Origin: Sphingomicrobium sp.
GTDB taxonomy: Bacteria > Pseudomonadota > Alphaproteobacteria > Sphingomonadales > Sphingomonadaceae
DNA length: 54,452 nt
Direction: 5' to 3'
NCBI GenBank assembly: GCA_035491735.1
Contig: DATJKE010000104.1
Span: 1-54,452 of the forward strand
Part shown: piece by piece, positions 39,427-50,000 of the stretch
Layout of the letters: each line of letters begins with the position of its first letter
Numbering within the stretch: the first letter of the stretch is position 1
The notes under the pieces: model-generated
What the model was told of the DNA's origin: nothing
The model's database searches: none
The model's input: the letters and a program-made list of their open reading frames with translations, nothing else
Translations under genes and position numbers: made by a program

Positions 39427-42400
39427 ATGCTTGATCGTACCGCGCTTCGCCTTGCCTACCGCCCGCTGGAGGAAGAGGTCGTCGGTGAACGGCTGAAGCA
39501 GGCCCGGCTGGCGGCCGGCCAGCAAGGCGAAGCCAGCGCGATCGCCCGCACCCTCGTGAAGGCGGTGCGCGGCCATAAGGCGGCGGGGCTGGACGCCTTC
39601 CTCCAGGCCTACGATCTTGGTTCCGACGAGGGGATCGCTCTGATGTGCCTCGCGGAGGCGCTGCTGCGTATTCCCGATGCCGAGACGGCCGACGACTTGA
39701 TCGCCGACAAGCTTTCAGGACCCGACTGGGCGGAGAAGATGGGCGACAGCCGCTCGACCTTCGTTAATGCCGCGACCTTCTCCCTGCTTTTGACCGGCAG
39801 GGTGCTGGAGGAAGCCAACGACAAGTCGGACAACTGGCGCTCGGCAATCGGCCGCGCGGTCGGCCGCCTCGGCGAGCCGGTGATCCGCACTGCCGTCAGC
39901 CAGGCGATGAAAATTCTCGGACGCCAATTCGTTTTTGGCCGGACGATTGATGAGGCGCTGAAGCGGGCCGCGCCGGAGCAGGCAAAGGGCTGGAGCCACA
40001 GTTTCGACATGCTCGGCGAGGCAGCGAAGACCCATGCCGATGCTGCCCGCTATGCACGGGCCTATGGCGGGGCGCTCGACACTATCGCCAAGGTCGCGAA
40101 GGGCGGCTTTCGCGCTGCTCCTGGCATTTCCGTCAAGCTCAGCGCGCTGCATCCACGCTACGAATGGAGCCACGCCGAAGCGGCCAAGGCGGCCATTCTC
40201 CCGGTGCTTCGCGACCTGGCACTCAAGGCCTCCAAGGCCGACGTCCATTTCACGATCGACGCCGAGGAAGCCGACCGGCTCGAACTGTCGATGGACCTGA
40301 TCGAGGCGCTAGCCGCGGACGACGCCCTCTTCGCAAACGGCTGGAGTGGGTTCGGCCTTGCCATCCAGGCTTATTCGAAGCGCGCCGTGCCGCTGGTCGA
40401 CTGGACCGTCGAACTGGCCCGCAAGCACGGACGCAAGCTGATGGTCCGCCTGGTAAAGGGCGCCTATTGGGACAGCGAGATCAAGGTCGCGCAGGTAGCG
40501 GGCCTGTCCGATTACCCCGTCTTTACCCGCAAGGCCGCGACCGACGTCAGCTACCTCGCCTGCGCCAAGCGGCTGCTGGCGGCGAGCGACTGCATCTATC
40601 CCGCCTTTGCCACCCATAATGCTAACACCATCGGCGCGGTGAAGGCGCTGGCCGGCGATGCCCTGTTCGAGTTCCAGCGGCTGCACGGCATGGGCGAGGG
40701 GCTATATGAAGAGCTGGCGAAACTCGAACGGGGCATCGGCGAGGAGCCGACGCCGGTGCGCATCTACGCGCCGGTCGGCAGCCACAAGGAACTGCTCGCC
40801 TATCTGGTCCGGCGCCTGCTTGAAAACGGCGCCAATTCCAGTTTCGTCAATCGTATCGCCGACGACGATGTGCCGGTCGACGATTTGGTCCGCGACCCGG
40901 TCGCCGAGCTTGAGAAGCTCAGTCCCAAGCGCAACTCGGCGATCCCGCTGCCCAACGCCATCTTCGGCGAGGATCGCCTGAACAGCGCCGGCGTCGATCT
41001 CAGCGATCCGCTGGTCCGCGGCCCGCTGATGAAGAAGCTGGCCAAGCTGGAAAGCAAACATTGGACCGCGGCTCCAACAGGCGGCGGCAAGGGCGAGAAA
41101 CTGCCAATCTATTCGCCGTTCGACACGTCGATCGTTGTCGGCGGCGTGACCTATGCCAGCGAGGCCGATGTCGACCGAATGGTTCGGGCCGGGCTCGCTG
41201 CGCAAATCGAATGGGACCAACTCGGCGGCGATCGCCGCGCAACCTTGCTTAACCGCGCCGCCGACTTGTTCGAGCAGCATCGCGAGGAGCTCTTCTCCCT
41301 ATGCGTGCGGGAGGCGGGCAAGGCAGTTCCGGACGCCGTGCTCGAAGTGCGCGAAGCAGTGGATTTCCTCCGCTACTATGCCAGCGAGGCCCGCCGCCTG
41401 TGCGGCAACGTCACTGCGCTCCCTGGCCCGACCGGAGAGACCAACGAGCTCCGGCTGCATGGCCGCGGAGTGTTCGCCTGCATCTCGCCCTGGAACTTCC
41501 CGCTGGCGATCTTCATCGGCCCGGTCGCGGCGGCGCTTGCCGCCGGCAACGCCGCCATTGCCAAGCCCGCCGAACAGACTCCCTTGATTGGTGCGCGGGC
41601 GATCGAGTTGATGCATGCCGCCGGCATTCCCAAAGCGATCGTCCAGCTTGCGCCAGGCGACGGCAAGGTCGGCGCCGCTCTGACCAGCCACCCCAAGATC
41701 GCCGGCGTCGCCTTCACCGGTTCGACCGACACCGCGCGGGCGATCAACCGCAGCCTCGCCACCCGCGACGGCCCGATCGTCCCGCTGATCGCCGAGACGG
41801 GCGGCCAGAATGCGATGATCGTCGATTCATCGGCATTGCCGGAGCAGGTAACGCGCGACGTCGTCGCCTCCGCCTTCCAGAGCGCTGGTCAGCGCTGCTC
41901 GGCGCTGCGCGTGCTGTTCGTCCAGGACGATGTCGCCGATTCCATGCTGGAGATGATCGCCGGCGCGATGGAAGCCTTGAACGTCGGCAATCCCGGCGAC
42001 CTCACCACCGACGTTGGGCCAGTAATCGACAGTGAAGCCAAGGCGGCGCTCGACAAACACCTTGCAGACCTGAAGGCCAAGGGCTGCTTGCTTGCCCAAG
42101 TACCGCTTCCCGGCAGCGCCCAGCGCGGCCATTTCGTCATTCCGTCGATGTACGAGATCAAGGGTCTGGGCGAGCTCGACCGCGAACATTTCGGACCGAT
42201 CCTTCACGTCGTCCGCTGGAAATCTGGCGAGCTGGACAAGGTCATCGGCGACATCAACGCCACCGGTTACGGCCTGACGCTGGGTCTGCAGAGCCGGATC
42301 GATACCACCCGCCAATATGTCGAGGCCCACGCCCGCGTCGGCAACCTCTACGTCAATCGCAACCAGATCGGCGCGGTGGTCGAAAGCCAGCCGTTCGGCG

Positions 42401-42537
42401 GGGAGGGGTTGTCGGGCACCGGTCCCAAGGCGGGCGGGCCTCACTATGTGCCGCGCTTCGCTACCGAGCGGGTAACCTGCATCGACACCACGGCGGCGGG
42501 CGGTAACGCCAGCCTGATGGCCGCCATCGAGGGCTGA
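39427..42537 (+). CDS. putA: Bifunctional proline dehydrogenase / P5C dehydrogenase PutA
   Basis: EGIALMCLAEALLRIPD, FDMLGE, RLVKGAYWD, LVRRLLENGANSSF, ETGGQN, SAGQRCSA; ATG 39427 (track start 39214 overlaps the acyltransferase); no N-terminal RHH domain evident. Confidence 0.96.
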   Translation: MLDRTALRLAYRPLEEEVVGERLKQARLAAGQQGEASAIARTLVKAVRGHKAAGLDAFLQAYDLGSDEGIALMCLAEALLRIPDAETADDLIADKLSGPDWAEKMGDSRSTFVNAATFSLLLTGRVLEEANDKSDNWRSAIGRAVGRLGEPVIRTAVSQAMKILGRQFVFGRTIDEALKRAAPEQAKGWSHSFDMLGEAAKTHADAARYARAYGGALDTIAKVAKGGFRAAPGISVKLSALHPRYEWSHAEAAKAAILPVLRDLALKASKADVHFTIDAEEADRLELSMDLIEALAADDALFANGWSGFGLAIQAYSKRAVPLVDWTVELARKHGRKLMVRLVKGAYWDSEIKVAQVAGLSDYPVFTRKAATDVSYLACAKRLLAASDCIYPAFATHNANTIGAVKALAGDALFEFQRLHGMGEGLYEELAKLERGIGEEPTPVRIYAPVGSHKELLAYLVRRLLENGANSSFVNRIADDDVPVDDLVRDPVAELEKLSPKRNSAIPLPNAIFGEDRLNSAGVDLSDPLVRGPLMKKLAKLESKHWTAAPTGGGKGEKLPIYSPFDTSIVVGGVTYASEADVDRMVRAGLAAQIEWDQLGGDRRATLLNRAADLFEQHREELFSLCVREAGKAVPDAVLEVREAVDFLRYYASEARRLCGNVTALPGPTGETNELRLHGRGVFACISPWNFPLAIFIGPVAAALAAGNAAIAKPAEQTPLIGARAIELMHAAGIPKAIVQLAPGDGKVGAALTSHPKIAGVAFTGSTDTARAINRSLATRDGPIVPLIAETGGQNAMIVDSSALPEQVTRDVVASAFQSAGQRCSALRVLFVQDDVADSMLEMIAGAMEALNVGNPGDLTTDVGPVIDSEAKAALDKHLADLKAKGCLLAQVPLPGSAQRGHFVIPSMYEIKGLGELDREHFGPILHVVRWKSGELDKVIGDINATGYGLTLGLQSRIDTTRQYVEAHARVGNLYVNRNQIGAVVESQPFGGEGLSGTGPKAGGPHYVPRFATERVTCIDTTAAGGNASLMAAIEG

Positions 42538-42640
42538 ACTTAGCGGAATCCACTAAAAACATCCGCGTAAATAGACTGTTAACGAGCAAGCATTAAACGC
42601 TACACTAATGCAGTTGCGTGAATGCTCGGGATTGTATCAG

Positions 42641-43222
42641 ATGAGGTTTATTGACGGGCTGAGCAGATTGTTGCTCGCTCCCCCCGCAACTGGAAGACGC
42701 GCGCTAGTGTATGGCGTCGCGCTCATTACCATTCCAACTTTCATCCGTCTGTTGATTGGGCTGTACATCGATCGGCTGCCGTTCCTGCCATTCCTTCCAT
42801 TCGTGATCGTTGCAGCGATCGTCCTCGACGGGAAGTGGGCGGTCGCTACCGCGCTTGGTTCCTGGATTGTAGCCGACCTGCTATTTATTGGGCCGCGCTT
42901 CCAGCTGAATTTCGGCGCCTATGAGCTGATCGGATTCACAATATTTTTCGCGTCGACCCTGTTGCTCATCGCCCTTGCCAAGGCAGTAAGGGTAATCGTC
43001 GAAAATTCGCTCCGTCCGGCCCGGCCCGACGGAATCGCCGCTCCGGTCGTGTTCAGCCTCGAAGGGGGCCAGGCTTGGGCCAGCTGGTATGGCTCCCATA
43101 GCTGGGTTCGGCTGGGCCCCGAAAGCGAGGTCGCCGAAATGATGCGGGATTTCCTGGCCCAGCGGGAGCTCGCGAAACGACTGGAATTGTCAGCGAGGCG
43201 TCGGCCAGCCCCTAAGGGTTAG
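42641..43222 (+). CDS. Membrane protein, DUF4118-like; paralog of 2383..2937
   Basis: About four TM segments with PFLPFLPFVIV; C-terminal VVFSLEGGQAWASWYG...MMRDFLAQRELAKRL; ATG 42641 aligns with the paralog start (track start 42608). Confidence 0.75.
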   Translation: MRFIDGLSRLLLAPPATGRRALVYGVALITIPTFIRLLIGLYIDRLPFLPFLPFVIVAAIVLDGKWAVATALGSWIVADLLFIGPRFQLNFGAYELIGFTIFFASTLLLIALAKAVRVIVENSLRPARPDGIAAPVVFSLEGGQAWASWYGSHSWVRLGPESEVAEMMRDFLAQRELAKRLELSARRRPAPKG

Positions 43223-43318
43223 TCCCGATGTTGATAACTCGGACTCTGCCCTTAATCTGTGTTATACCTTGAAGTCAGCCCGAGTCCGCGATTTTGGGGC
43301 AAATACGCGGGGTAAAGT

Positions 43319-44491
43319 ATGGAGTTGGGTCCGGACGTACCCGTAGTTGTGGGGATCCATTACGAGGAATCCCCCGATCTACCATTCCTGGACCTGCCCT
43401 TGGCAGGTGCTTTTCCCGACCACGCGCTCAAATCCGAACCAGCCTTCATCGAGACTTTCCAGCAGATCATTGACGGCCTGCCCGAGCAGATCGCATTGGT
43501 CGACGAAGATTGGACCATTCTTGCGGTCAACCCGGCCTGGACCAGGACCGCCGCCCTTTATGACTATGGCGAGCTGACGCCCGGAGCGAACTACCTGGCT
43601 TTTTGCGAGAAGGTAGCGGTCCAGGGACATAATCCGGCCGGCATCGCCGCCAAGGGCATCCGCGACATGAAGCGTAACGGTCAACCGTCCTTCAGCTTCG
43701 TCTACCATGGCAAGGATCGCTGGGAGGGGTTTGCCTTCCAGCTTTGCGTCAAGTGGATCGAAGTGGCGGGCCGGACCATGTATACGGTTACCCGCTATGA
43801 CGTCAGCGAGCTGGTTCACCTTCGCCAGATGCGAGAAGAGTTCAGCCACTCATTGATCGAGCATCAGGACGAAGAGCGGCGCCGGATGGCACGCGAAGTC
43901 CATGATTCGACCATGCAGCTGGTTGCCAGCCTCGGTCTCTCCCTGGGGCAGATCCGACGGTCGAAAAGCGTGAAGTCCAGAACCGACATAGTTGACGAAA
44001 TGGAGGATCTGCTTGCGCAGATCCATCGCGAACTGCGCGCCATTTCCTTCCTAGCCCATCCGCCGATGGTTAGCGAGCTAGGGCTTGCCAAGGCGGTGCG
44101 GCAGCTCGCCGGAGGCTTCGCCCGCCGCACCGGCCTCACCATCGCAGTCGACGCAGCCGAAGGGAGTCCGCTTTCGCCAGCTGCCGAGGTCGCTGTCTTT
44201 CGGATGATGCAGGAGGCCCTGTCGAACGTCTATCGCCATGCGAAAGCCACGCATGTCTCCATTGGATTGTACCAGCGCCGTTCCATGCTCCATATCAGTA
44301 TCGCCGACGATGGTGTCGGCCTTCCGGAAAAGCTGAGGACGGGGGTCGGCCTGTCGAGCATGCGCGAACGGATCGAGGAAATTGGCGGCCGCCTCATGAT
44401 CCGGGCCGGAAAGCCGGGCATGATCCTGCTCGCGAGCGTGCCGTTGCACGGTGAAACGCGCGCCGTTGGCGATCTCGCGCTTGCCGTCTGA
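43319..44491 (+). CDS. Soluble PAS-domain sensor histidine kinase (HisKA_3 / NarX-UhpB type)
   Basis: PAS-like LPEQIALVD..W.ILAVN.AW, H-box ERRRMAREVHD, N-box QEALSNVYRHA, DDGVG and GVGLSSMRER; no TM segment. Confidence 0.9.
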   Translation: MELGPDVPVVVGIHYEESPDLPFLDLPLAGAFPDHALKSEPAFIETFQQIIDGLPEQIALVDEDWTILAVNPAWTRTAALYDYGELTPGANYLAFCEKVAVQGHNPAGIAAKGIRDMKRNGQPSFSFVYHGKDRWEGFAFQLCVKWIEVAGRTMYTVTRYDVSELVHLRQMREEFSHSLIEHQDEERRRMAREVHDSTMQLVASLGLSLGQIRRSKSVKSRTDIVDEMEDLLAQIHRELRAISFLAHPPMVSELGLAKAVRQLAGGFARRTGLTIAVDAAEGSPLSPAAEVAVFRMMQEALSNVYRHAKATHVSIGLYQRRSMLHISIADDGVGLPEKLRTGVGLSSMRERIEEIGGRLMIRAGKPGMILLASVPLHGETRAVGDLALAV

Positions 44492-44514
44492 CTAGCGGTC
44501 AAACGAGCGCTGCA

Positions 44515-44997
44515 GTGCGCGTACGCCCCTTCAAGAAGGGTGACGAAGCCAGCCTCGCTTCGCTCTTCCATGCGGCTATCCATCAAATTGCCGCCCATCA
44601 CTACTCAGCCGAGCAGGTTAGGGCCTGGGCGCCGCGGGTGCCGGATCCGTCACGCTTCCTCGCTCGCGGTACCGACGGCCGCATCCTGCTGCTGGCGGTC
44701 GACGAGCATGACGATCCGCTGGCCTATGGCGACGTCGAGGCTGACGGCCACATCGACCACCTCTTCTGCCGGCCCGATGCCGCCGGCACCGGCGTTACGG
44801 CACGGCTATATGAGGAATTGGAGCGCGCGGCCCGCGAACATGGAATCGTGCTTTTGTTCACCGAGGCCAGCGAGCCTGCCCGGCGCTTCTTTTCCAGGCA
44901 GGGATTCGACGTGATCGAGCGCCGCGAATTCGAGATTTCCGGCGTCCCGATTCATAACTTCCGCATGGAAAAGCGGCTCAAACCTGTCCCGCGCTGA
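44515..44997 (+). CDS. GNAT family N-acetyltransferase (YafP-like)
   Basis: YS.EQ..AWAP, HIDHLFC.P...G.G, EASE.AR.FF..QGF, N.RMEK. Confidence 0.88.
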   Translation: MRVRPFKKGDEASLASLFHAAIHQIAAHHYSAEQVRAWAPRVPDPSRFLARGTDGRILLLAVDEHDDPLAYGDVEADGHIDHLFCRPDAAGTGVTARLYEELERAAREHGIVLLFTEASEPARRFFSRQGFDVIERREFEISGVPIHNFRMEKRLKPVPR

Positions 44998-45087
44998 CAC
45001 AGGCAAAAAAAGCCTCTGGAGCGATTGCCGCAAAGCTGCTGTTGAAGAGGTTGCGGGGTGGTCCCCTGGGACATGAACGCACTTCGC

Positions 45088-45125
45088 CGAAGCGGTCGGG
45101 CTCATGCCTGGCCGCTTCGTTTTTT
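45088..45125 (+). terminator. Intrinsic terminator on the plus strand
   Basis: CGAAGCGGTCGGGC-tcat-GCCTGGCCGCTTCG 14-bp stem (two G-U pairs) followed by T6. Confidence 0.7.
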
Positions 45126-45139
45126 GTGCCTGAAAGTGG

Positions 45140-45214
45140 TGGCTCCCCGAGTTGGATTCGAACCAACGGCCGCTCGATTAACAGTCGAGAGCTCTACCGC
45201 TGAGCTATCGGGGA
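45140..45214 (-). tRNA. tRNA-Asn (GTT)
   Basis: Acceptor stem TCCCCGA/TCGGGGA, D arm TAGCTCAGCGGTAGAGC, anticodon arm CTCGA-CTGTTAA-TCGAG, T loop GGTTCGAATCC, discriminator G and encoded CCA. Confidence 0.97.
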
Positions 45215-45230
45215 ACATGAAGCGACGCCG

Positions 45231-45258
45231 CCTATAACGCCCTCGTCGCGTGTTGCAA
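45231..45258 (-). promoter_or_regulatory. Sigma-70 type promoter of tRNA-Asn
   Basis: TTGCAA-N16-TATAGG ending 16 bp upstream of the tRNA 5' end. Confidence 0.55.
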
Positions 45259-45301
45259 GCGGTCTAAGCCCCTCTTTGCCACAGAAAATCTGAATGCGCG
45301 G

Positions 45302-46117
45302 TTAGTGGGCAAATTGCTCCATCGCAATTCGCTCGTCGAGCGCATGTTCGGGGTCGAACAGGAGGGTCAGTGACCGATCGCGGTCAAGGGTCACGTCGAC
45401 GGTGCAAACCTCGCGCACCTCGAACTGGTCGGCGACGGCCGCAACGGGCCGTTTGTCCGCTTCCAGCACCTTGAAGCGGATCGACACGTCATCGGGCAGG
45501 ATCGCCCCGGACCAGCGCCGCGGCCGGAAGGGGCTGATCGACGTCAGTGCCAGCATCTTCGCCGCCAGCGGCAGGATCGGGCCGTGCGCGGACAGATTAT
45601 AGGCGGTCGATCCAGCCGGTGTCGCCACCAGCACGCCATCGGCGACCAGTTCCGGCATCACCACCCGGCCATTGACGATGATTTCGATCTTGGCGGTTTG
45701 GCGAGTCTCGCGCAGCAACGACACTTCGTTGATCGCGGGGTGCATCCAGCTCTCGCCGCGGATATTGGTCGCTTTCATTGCGAGGGGAGCGACGCGGATA
45801 TGCTTGGCATTGCTGATCCGCTCGAACAGCCGATCGAGGCGCCACTCGTTCATCAGGAAGCCAAAAGTGCCGCGGTTCATGCCGAATACCGGACGCGATT
45901 CGCCTTGCTCGAGCATTGCATGGAGCGTCTGCAGCATGAAGCCGTCGCCACCTAGTGCGACCAGCGTCTCGGCCTGGTCCTCATCGGCCCAGCTATAGCG
46001 GCGTCGAAGCATCGCTTCGGCCGATTTGGCCGCTTCGCCGGGGGAGGCGACCAGCCCGATCCGATGCGCGGCAAGGTCCCGCTCGGGCGTTGCTGGGGAG
46101 GGGCGAGCGACGTTCAC
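45302..46117 (-). CDS. nadK: NAD kinase
   Basis: LGGDGFML, GMN.G..GFLMN, AINEVS, DG.LVATPAGSTAYNLSA.GP; start uncertain, GTG 46117 avoids overlap with the EAL gene (track start 46366). Confidence 0.93.
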   Translation of the reverse strand: MNVARPSPATPERDLAAHRIGLVASPGEAAKSAEAMLRRRYSWADEDQAETLVALGGDGFMLQTLHAMLEQGESRPVFGMNRGTFGFLMNEWRLDRLFERISNAKHIRVAPLAMKATNIRGESWMHPAINEVSLLRETRQTAKIEIIVNGRVVMPELVADGVLVATPAGSTAYNLSAHGPILPLAAKMLALTSISPFRPRRWSGAILPDDVSIRFKVLEADKRPVAAVADQFEVREVCTVDVTLDRDRSLTLLFDPEHALDERIAMEQFAH

Positions 46118-46219
46118 GCGGCTAAAATACGGATTTGCAGGGAAAGCGCCACTGTCCCGAAAGGACACGCGCCCAACAGGCGCCTTGGTCAGGTACCAGT
46201 GCAGGGCTAACTCTCCTTC

Positions 46220-47062
46220 ATGCGTATGTGGCTTAAATGGCCAGGGTTCGGGGGCAAGCGGGCGTCGGACAATCGAGTGGCTCCGGCGTCCGCTTTGCCG
46301 CTGCGCGACCGCGCGCTTGAACAGGCGATCGGCCGCGATCGCATCGAACTTCGCTTCCAGCCGCAAATCGAGCCGGCCAGCGGCCAGGTGATGGGCGTCG
46401 AGGCGCTGGCGCGCTGGGACGGAGCCGAAAGTCCCGAGGAGCTATTCGCCCGTGCCGAAGCCGCCGGACTCGCCGAGCGCCTGTCGCGCGCGATCCAGCG
46501 CAAAGCTTTGCGAGCAGCCGGACGATGGACCGGACCGCTTGCTGGCATGTGCCTGTCGATTAACCTCCTCCCACGGGACCTCGACCGTCCGGGCTATGAG
46601 CAATGGCTGCTGGAGGAAATCGCCTCAGCCGGCCTCGAGCCCGAACAAATCACTGCCGAGATCGTCGAAAGCAGCCTGATGGCGGACAGCCTGGAGGTCG
46701 CCGGCCGGCTCTCCCGGCTGCGCGCCGCGGGTGTGCGCATCGCAATCGATGATTTCGGGACCGGCTATTCCAGCCTTGCCTATCTGACTTCATTGCCGAT
46801 TGACGCGATTAAGATCGACCGCGGCCTCATCAACCACATCGTGGGCGGCAGCCGCGACCGGATCGTCGTCAAGGCGATGATCCGCCTGGCCCGCGAGCTA
46901 AGCCTCAAGGTGATCGTCGAGGGCGTCGAGAACATCGCCCAGCTCCACCTGCTAGAGGAGTGGGGCTGCGACCTTTACCAGGGCTTCCTTGGCGCACAGC
47001 CGCTCGACGAGGCCGAATTGAAGCGCTTCGTTGCCTCGGGGGAGCAGACGGCGGCGGCCTAG
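46220..47062 (+). CDS. Stand-alone EAL domain c-di-GMP phosphodiesterase
   Basis: FQPQ, EALAR, SINL, EIVE, IDDFGTGYSSL, KID, EGVE, YQG all present. Confidence 0.92.
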   Translation: MRMWLKWPGFGGKRASDNRVAPASALPLRDRALEQAIGRDRIELRFQPQIEPASGQVMGVEALARWDGAESPEELFARAEAAGLAERLSRAIQRKALRAAGRWTGPLAGMCLSINLLPRDLDRPGYEQWLLEEIASAGLEPEQITAEIVESSLMADSLEVAGRLSRLRAAGVRIAIDDFGTGYSSLAYLTSLPIDAIKIDRGLINHIVGGSRDRIVVKAMIRLARELSLKVIVEGVENIAQLHLLEEWGCDLYQGFLGAQPLDEAELKRFVASGEQTAAA

Positions 47063-50000
47063 GCCGGCTCCAGTTCTTTTTTCTCAGCCGCCGCCAACAC
47101 CCGCATCAACCCGCGCGAAATTTGCAGGGCGCCCTGCAAGCGAGCCTCGCCAGTCGGCCATTCGCGGCTAATCACCAGCTTGCTGTCGGGCCGGAGCCTC
47201 GCGGCGCCCTTCAGTTTTTCGACATAGTCGAGCAAGCCGGCCAGGTCAGGGAACCCGCTCGGCGCAAAGGTCACCACCGCGCCTTTCGCCCCGACGTCCA
47301 ATTTGGCGATCATCGCTTTTCTGCAATTGATCTTTGTTTCAACGATTTGCAGCAGGTTCTGGGTTTCCGATGGCAGCTTGCCGAAGCGGTCGATCAACTC
47401 TGCGGCAAACTCCTCGACTCCCTGCCGGTCTTCCAGCTCGCCAAGCCGGCGGTAGAGGCCCATGCGAAGGTCGAGATCGGGCACATAATGTTCCGGGATC
47501 AGGATCGGCGCCTCAACATTGATCTGAGGCGTGAATTCCTCCCGCCGTTCGGCAGCGCCCGATTTCTGCTCGAGGATCGCGTCCTCCAGCATCGATTGGT
47601 AGAGCTCGAAGCCGACCTCCTTGATGTGGCCCGACTGCTCGTCGCCCAGCAAATTGCCCGCGCCGCGGATGTCGAGGTCGTGGCTGGCAAGCTGGAATCC
47701 GGCTCCCAGGCTGTCGAGATTGGCCAGGACCTGCAGCCTCTTGTCGGCACCTTCTGTCAACGACCTTTCGGGCGGGGTCGTCAGATAGGCATAGGCGCGC
47801 GTCTTCGACCGGCCGACCCGGCCGCGCAGCTGGTAGAGCTGGGCCAGCCCGAACCTGTCGGCGCGATGGACGATCAGCGTATTGGCCGACGGAATGTCCA
47901 GTCCGCTCTCGACAATGGTGGTCGACAGCAGCACGTCATATTTTTTGTCGTAGAAGGCGCCGATCCGCTCCTCGACCTCGCTCGCACCCATCTGGCCGTG
48001 GGCGGTAACCGCCTTCACCTCGGGCACTTCGTCGCGCAGCCATTCTTCGAGATCCGGCAGGTCCGCGATCCGCGGCGCGACCAGGAAGCTTTGCCCGCCA
48101 CGATAATGTTCGCGCAGCAACGCCTCGCGCATCACCACGGCGTCCCACGGCGCCACATAGGTGCGGATCGCGAGCCGGTCGACCGGCGGGGTCTGGATCA
48201 CGCTGAGCTCGCGCAGCCCCGACATTGCCATTTGCAGCGTCCGGGGGATCGGCGTGGCGGTAAGGGTGAGGACATGCACATCCTCCTTCAGCGCCTTGAG
48301 CTTCTCCTTGTGGGCGACCCCGAAATGCTGCTCCTCGTCGACAATGACCAGCCCCAGCTTCTTGAATTTGATCGATTTCGACAGCAGCGCGTGGGTGCCG
48401 ATGACGATATCGACCTTGCCCTGCTCGAGCCGCTCGCGGGTCGTCTTCGCTTCGCCCGCCGGCACCAGCCGCGACAGCCGCCCGATCTCGATCGGAAAAC
48501 CCTGGAACCGCTCGACGAAATTTCTGTAGTGCTGCCGCGCCAGCAGGGTGGTCGGGCAGATCAGCGCCACCTGGTATCCTGCCATCGCCGCAACAAACGC
48601 CGCTCGCAGCGCAACTTCGGTCTTGCCGAAGCCGACATCGCCGCAAACCAGCCGGTCCATCGGCTTGCCACTGCCCAGGTCCTCCAGCACCTCGGCGATT
48701 GCCCGGTCCTGGTCGTCGGTCTCCTCATAGGGAAAGCGATCGACGAATTCGGGCAAGGTCGAGTCCGCCTCGGCGACCTGGCCAGGCCGTGTTGCGCGGA
48801 TCGCAGCGGTCTTGATCAACTCGCCCGCGATCTCGCGGATCCGCTCCTTCATCCGCGACTTGCGCCGCTGCCAGGCTTCACCGCCCAGCCGGTCCAGGTT
48901 TGCGCCGTCGCCGGCCCCGCCATAGCGCGTCAGAACGTCGATATTCTCGACCGGCACATAGAGTCTGTCGCCACCGGCGTAGGAGAGGGCGACGCAGTCA
49001 TGCGGCGCCTTGCCGACCATCACCGACGTCAGCCCTTCGTAGCGGCCGATGCCATGCTCCATGTGCACGACCAGGTCGCCGGGTGTCAGCGCAGCCAGTT
49101 CCGCGAGGAACGCGTCAGCGCTCTTGCGACGCTTCTTCCTCCGCACTAGCCGGTCGCCGAGCATGTCCTGCTCGGTCAGGACGGCCACTTCCAGCCCGGT
49201 GAAGCCATGGTCGAGCGGCAGCACGATCAATGCCGCGTCGGTCCTCGACCCAAGCGCCTCCTGCCAGCTTTCAGCCGGCTTCAGGCTTTTGAGGCCATGA
49301 TCCTCGAGCAGCCCCGCAAGGCGCTCGCGCGCACCTGCCGTATAGCTCGCCAGCACGATCTTCTTCTTGTCTTTCCGAAGCTTGGCAACATGCTTGGTGA
49401 CGGCTTCATAGACATTGGCGCCCTGCGTGCGCTCGGGCGCGAAGTCGCGCGGTCCGTCGACGCCGAAGTCGATGACCTTGTCGCTTTCCGGCTCTTGGAA
49501 GGGTGTCGCCAGATGGATCGGCCGTCGGGCAACGGTGCCGCGCCACTCCTTGCTCGACAGGTACAGCGCCGACGGCGCCAGCGGGCGATAGCTTCCGGGC
49601 TCGGCGACCATCGCCTTCTCGCGATTGGCGAAATAATCCTCGATCGCCTCGTGCCGGGCTTCTAGCGCCCCGTCGGTGTTGGCATCCCGGACGATGACGT
49701 CATCCTCGCCGAGATGTTCGGACAGCGTGGCCAGCTTTTCCTCGAGCAGCGGCAGCCAATGCTCCATCCCGGCCAGCCGCCGCCCGTCGCTGATCGCCTG
49801 GTAGAGCGGGTCGCCGGTGGCATTGGCACCGAATTGCTCGCGGTAGCGGGCGCGGAAGCGTTTGACCGTCTCCTCGTCCAGCAGCGCCTCGCTGGCCGGC
49901 ATCAGGGTGAAGGAGCCTGCCTTACCGATTGACCTTTGGTCTGCAGGGTCGAACCTGCGCATCGTTTCGATCTCGTCGCCGAAAAAGTCCAGCCGGAGCG

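Noticed and set aside
42575-42600. CtrA binding site
   Set aside because: The TTAA half-sites are 10 bp apart rather than the 7 bp of the consensus
45000-45066. c-di-GMP-I riboswitch-like words (GGCAAA, AAAGCCTC, GCGGGG) near an EAL gene
   Set aside because: The P2 stem with GNRA tetraloop is missing and no downstream gene is in the right orientation
45137-45142. Genome-encoded CCACCA at the tRNA 3' end, or tRNA used as an integration site
   Set aside because: Most likely trailer sequence; I saw no duplicated tRNA 3' end elsewhere and no integrase
46960-49149. 729-aa ORF antisense to mfd (likewise 31193..32923 against addA, 35605..36669 against secA and similar)
   Set aside because: Antisense shadow frames expected from high-GC codon bias; no recognisable protein motifs
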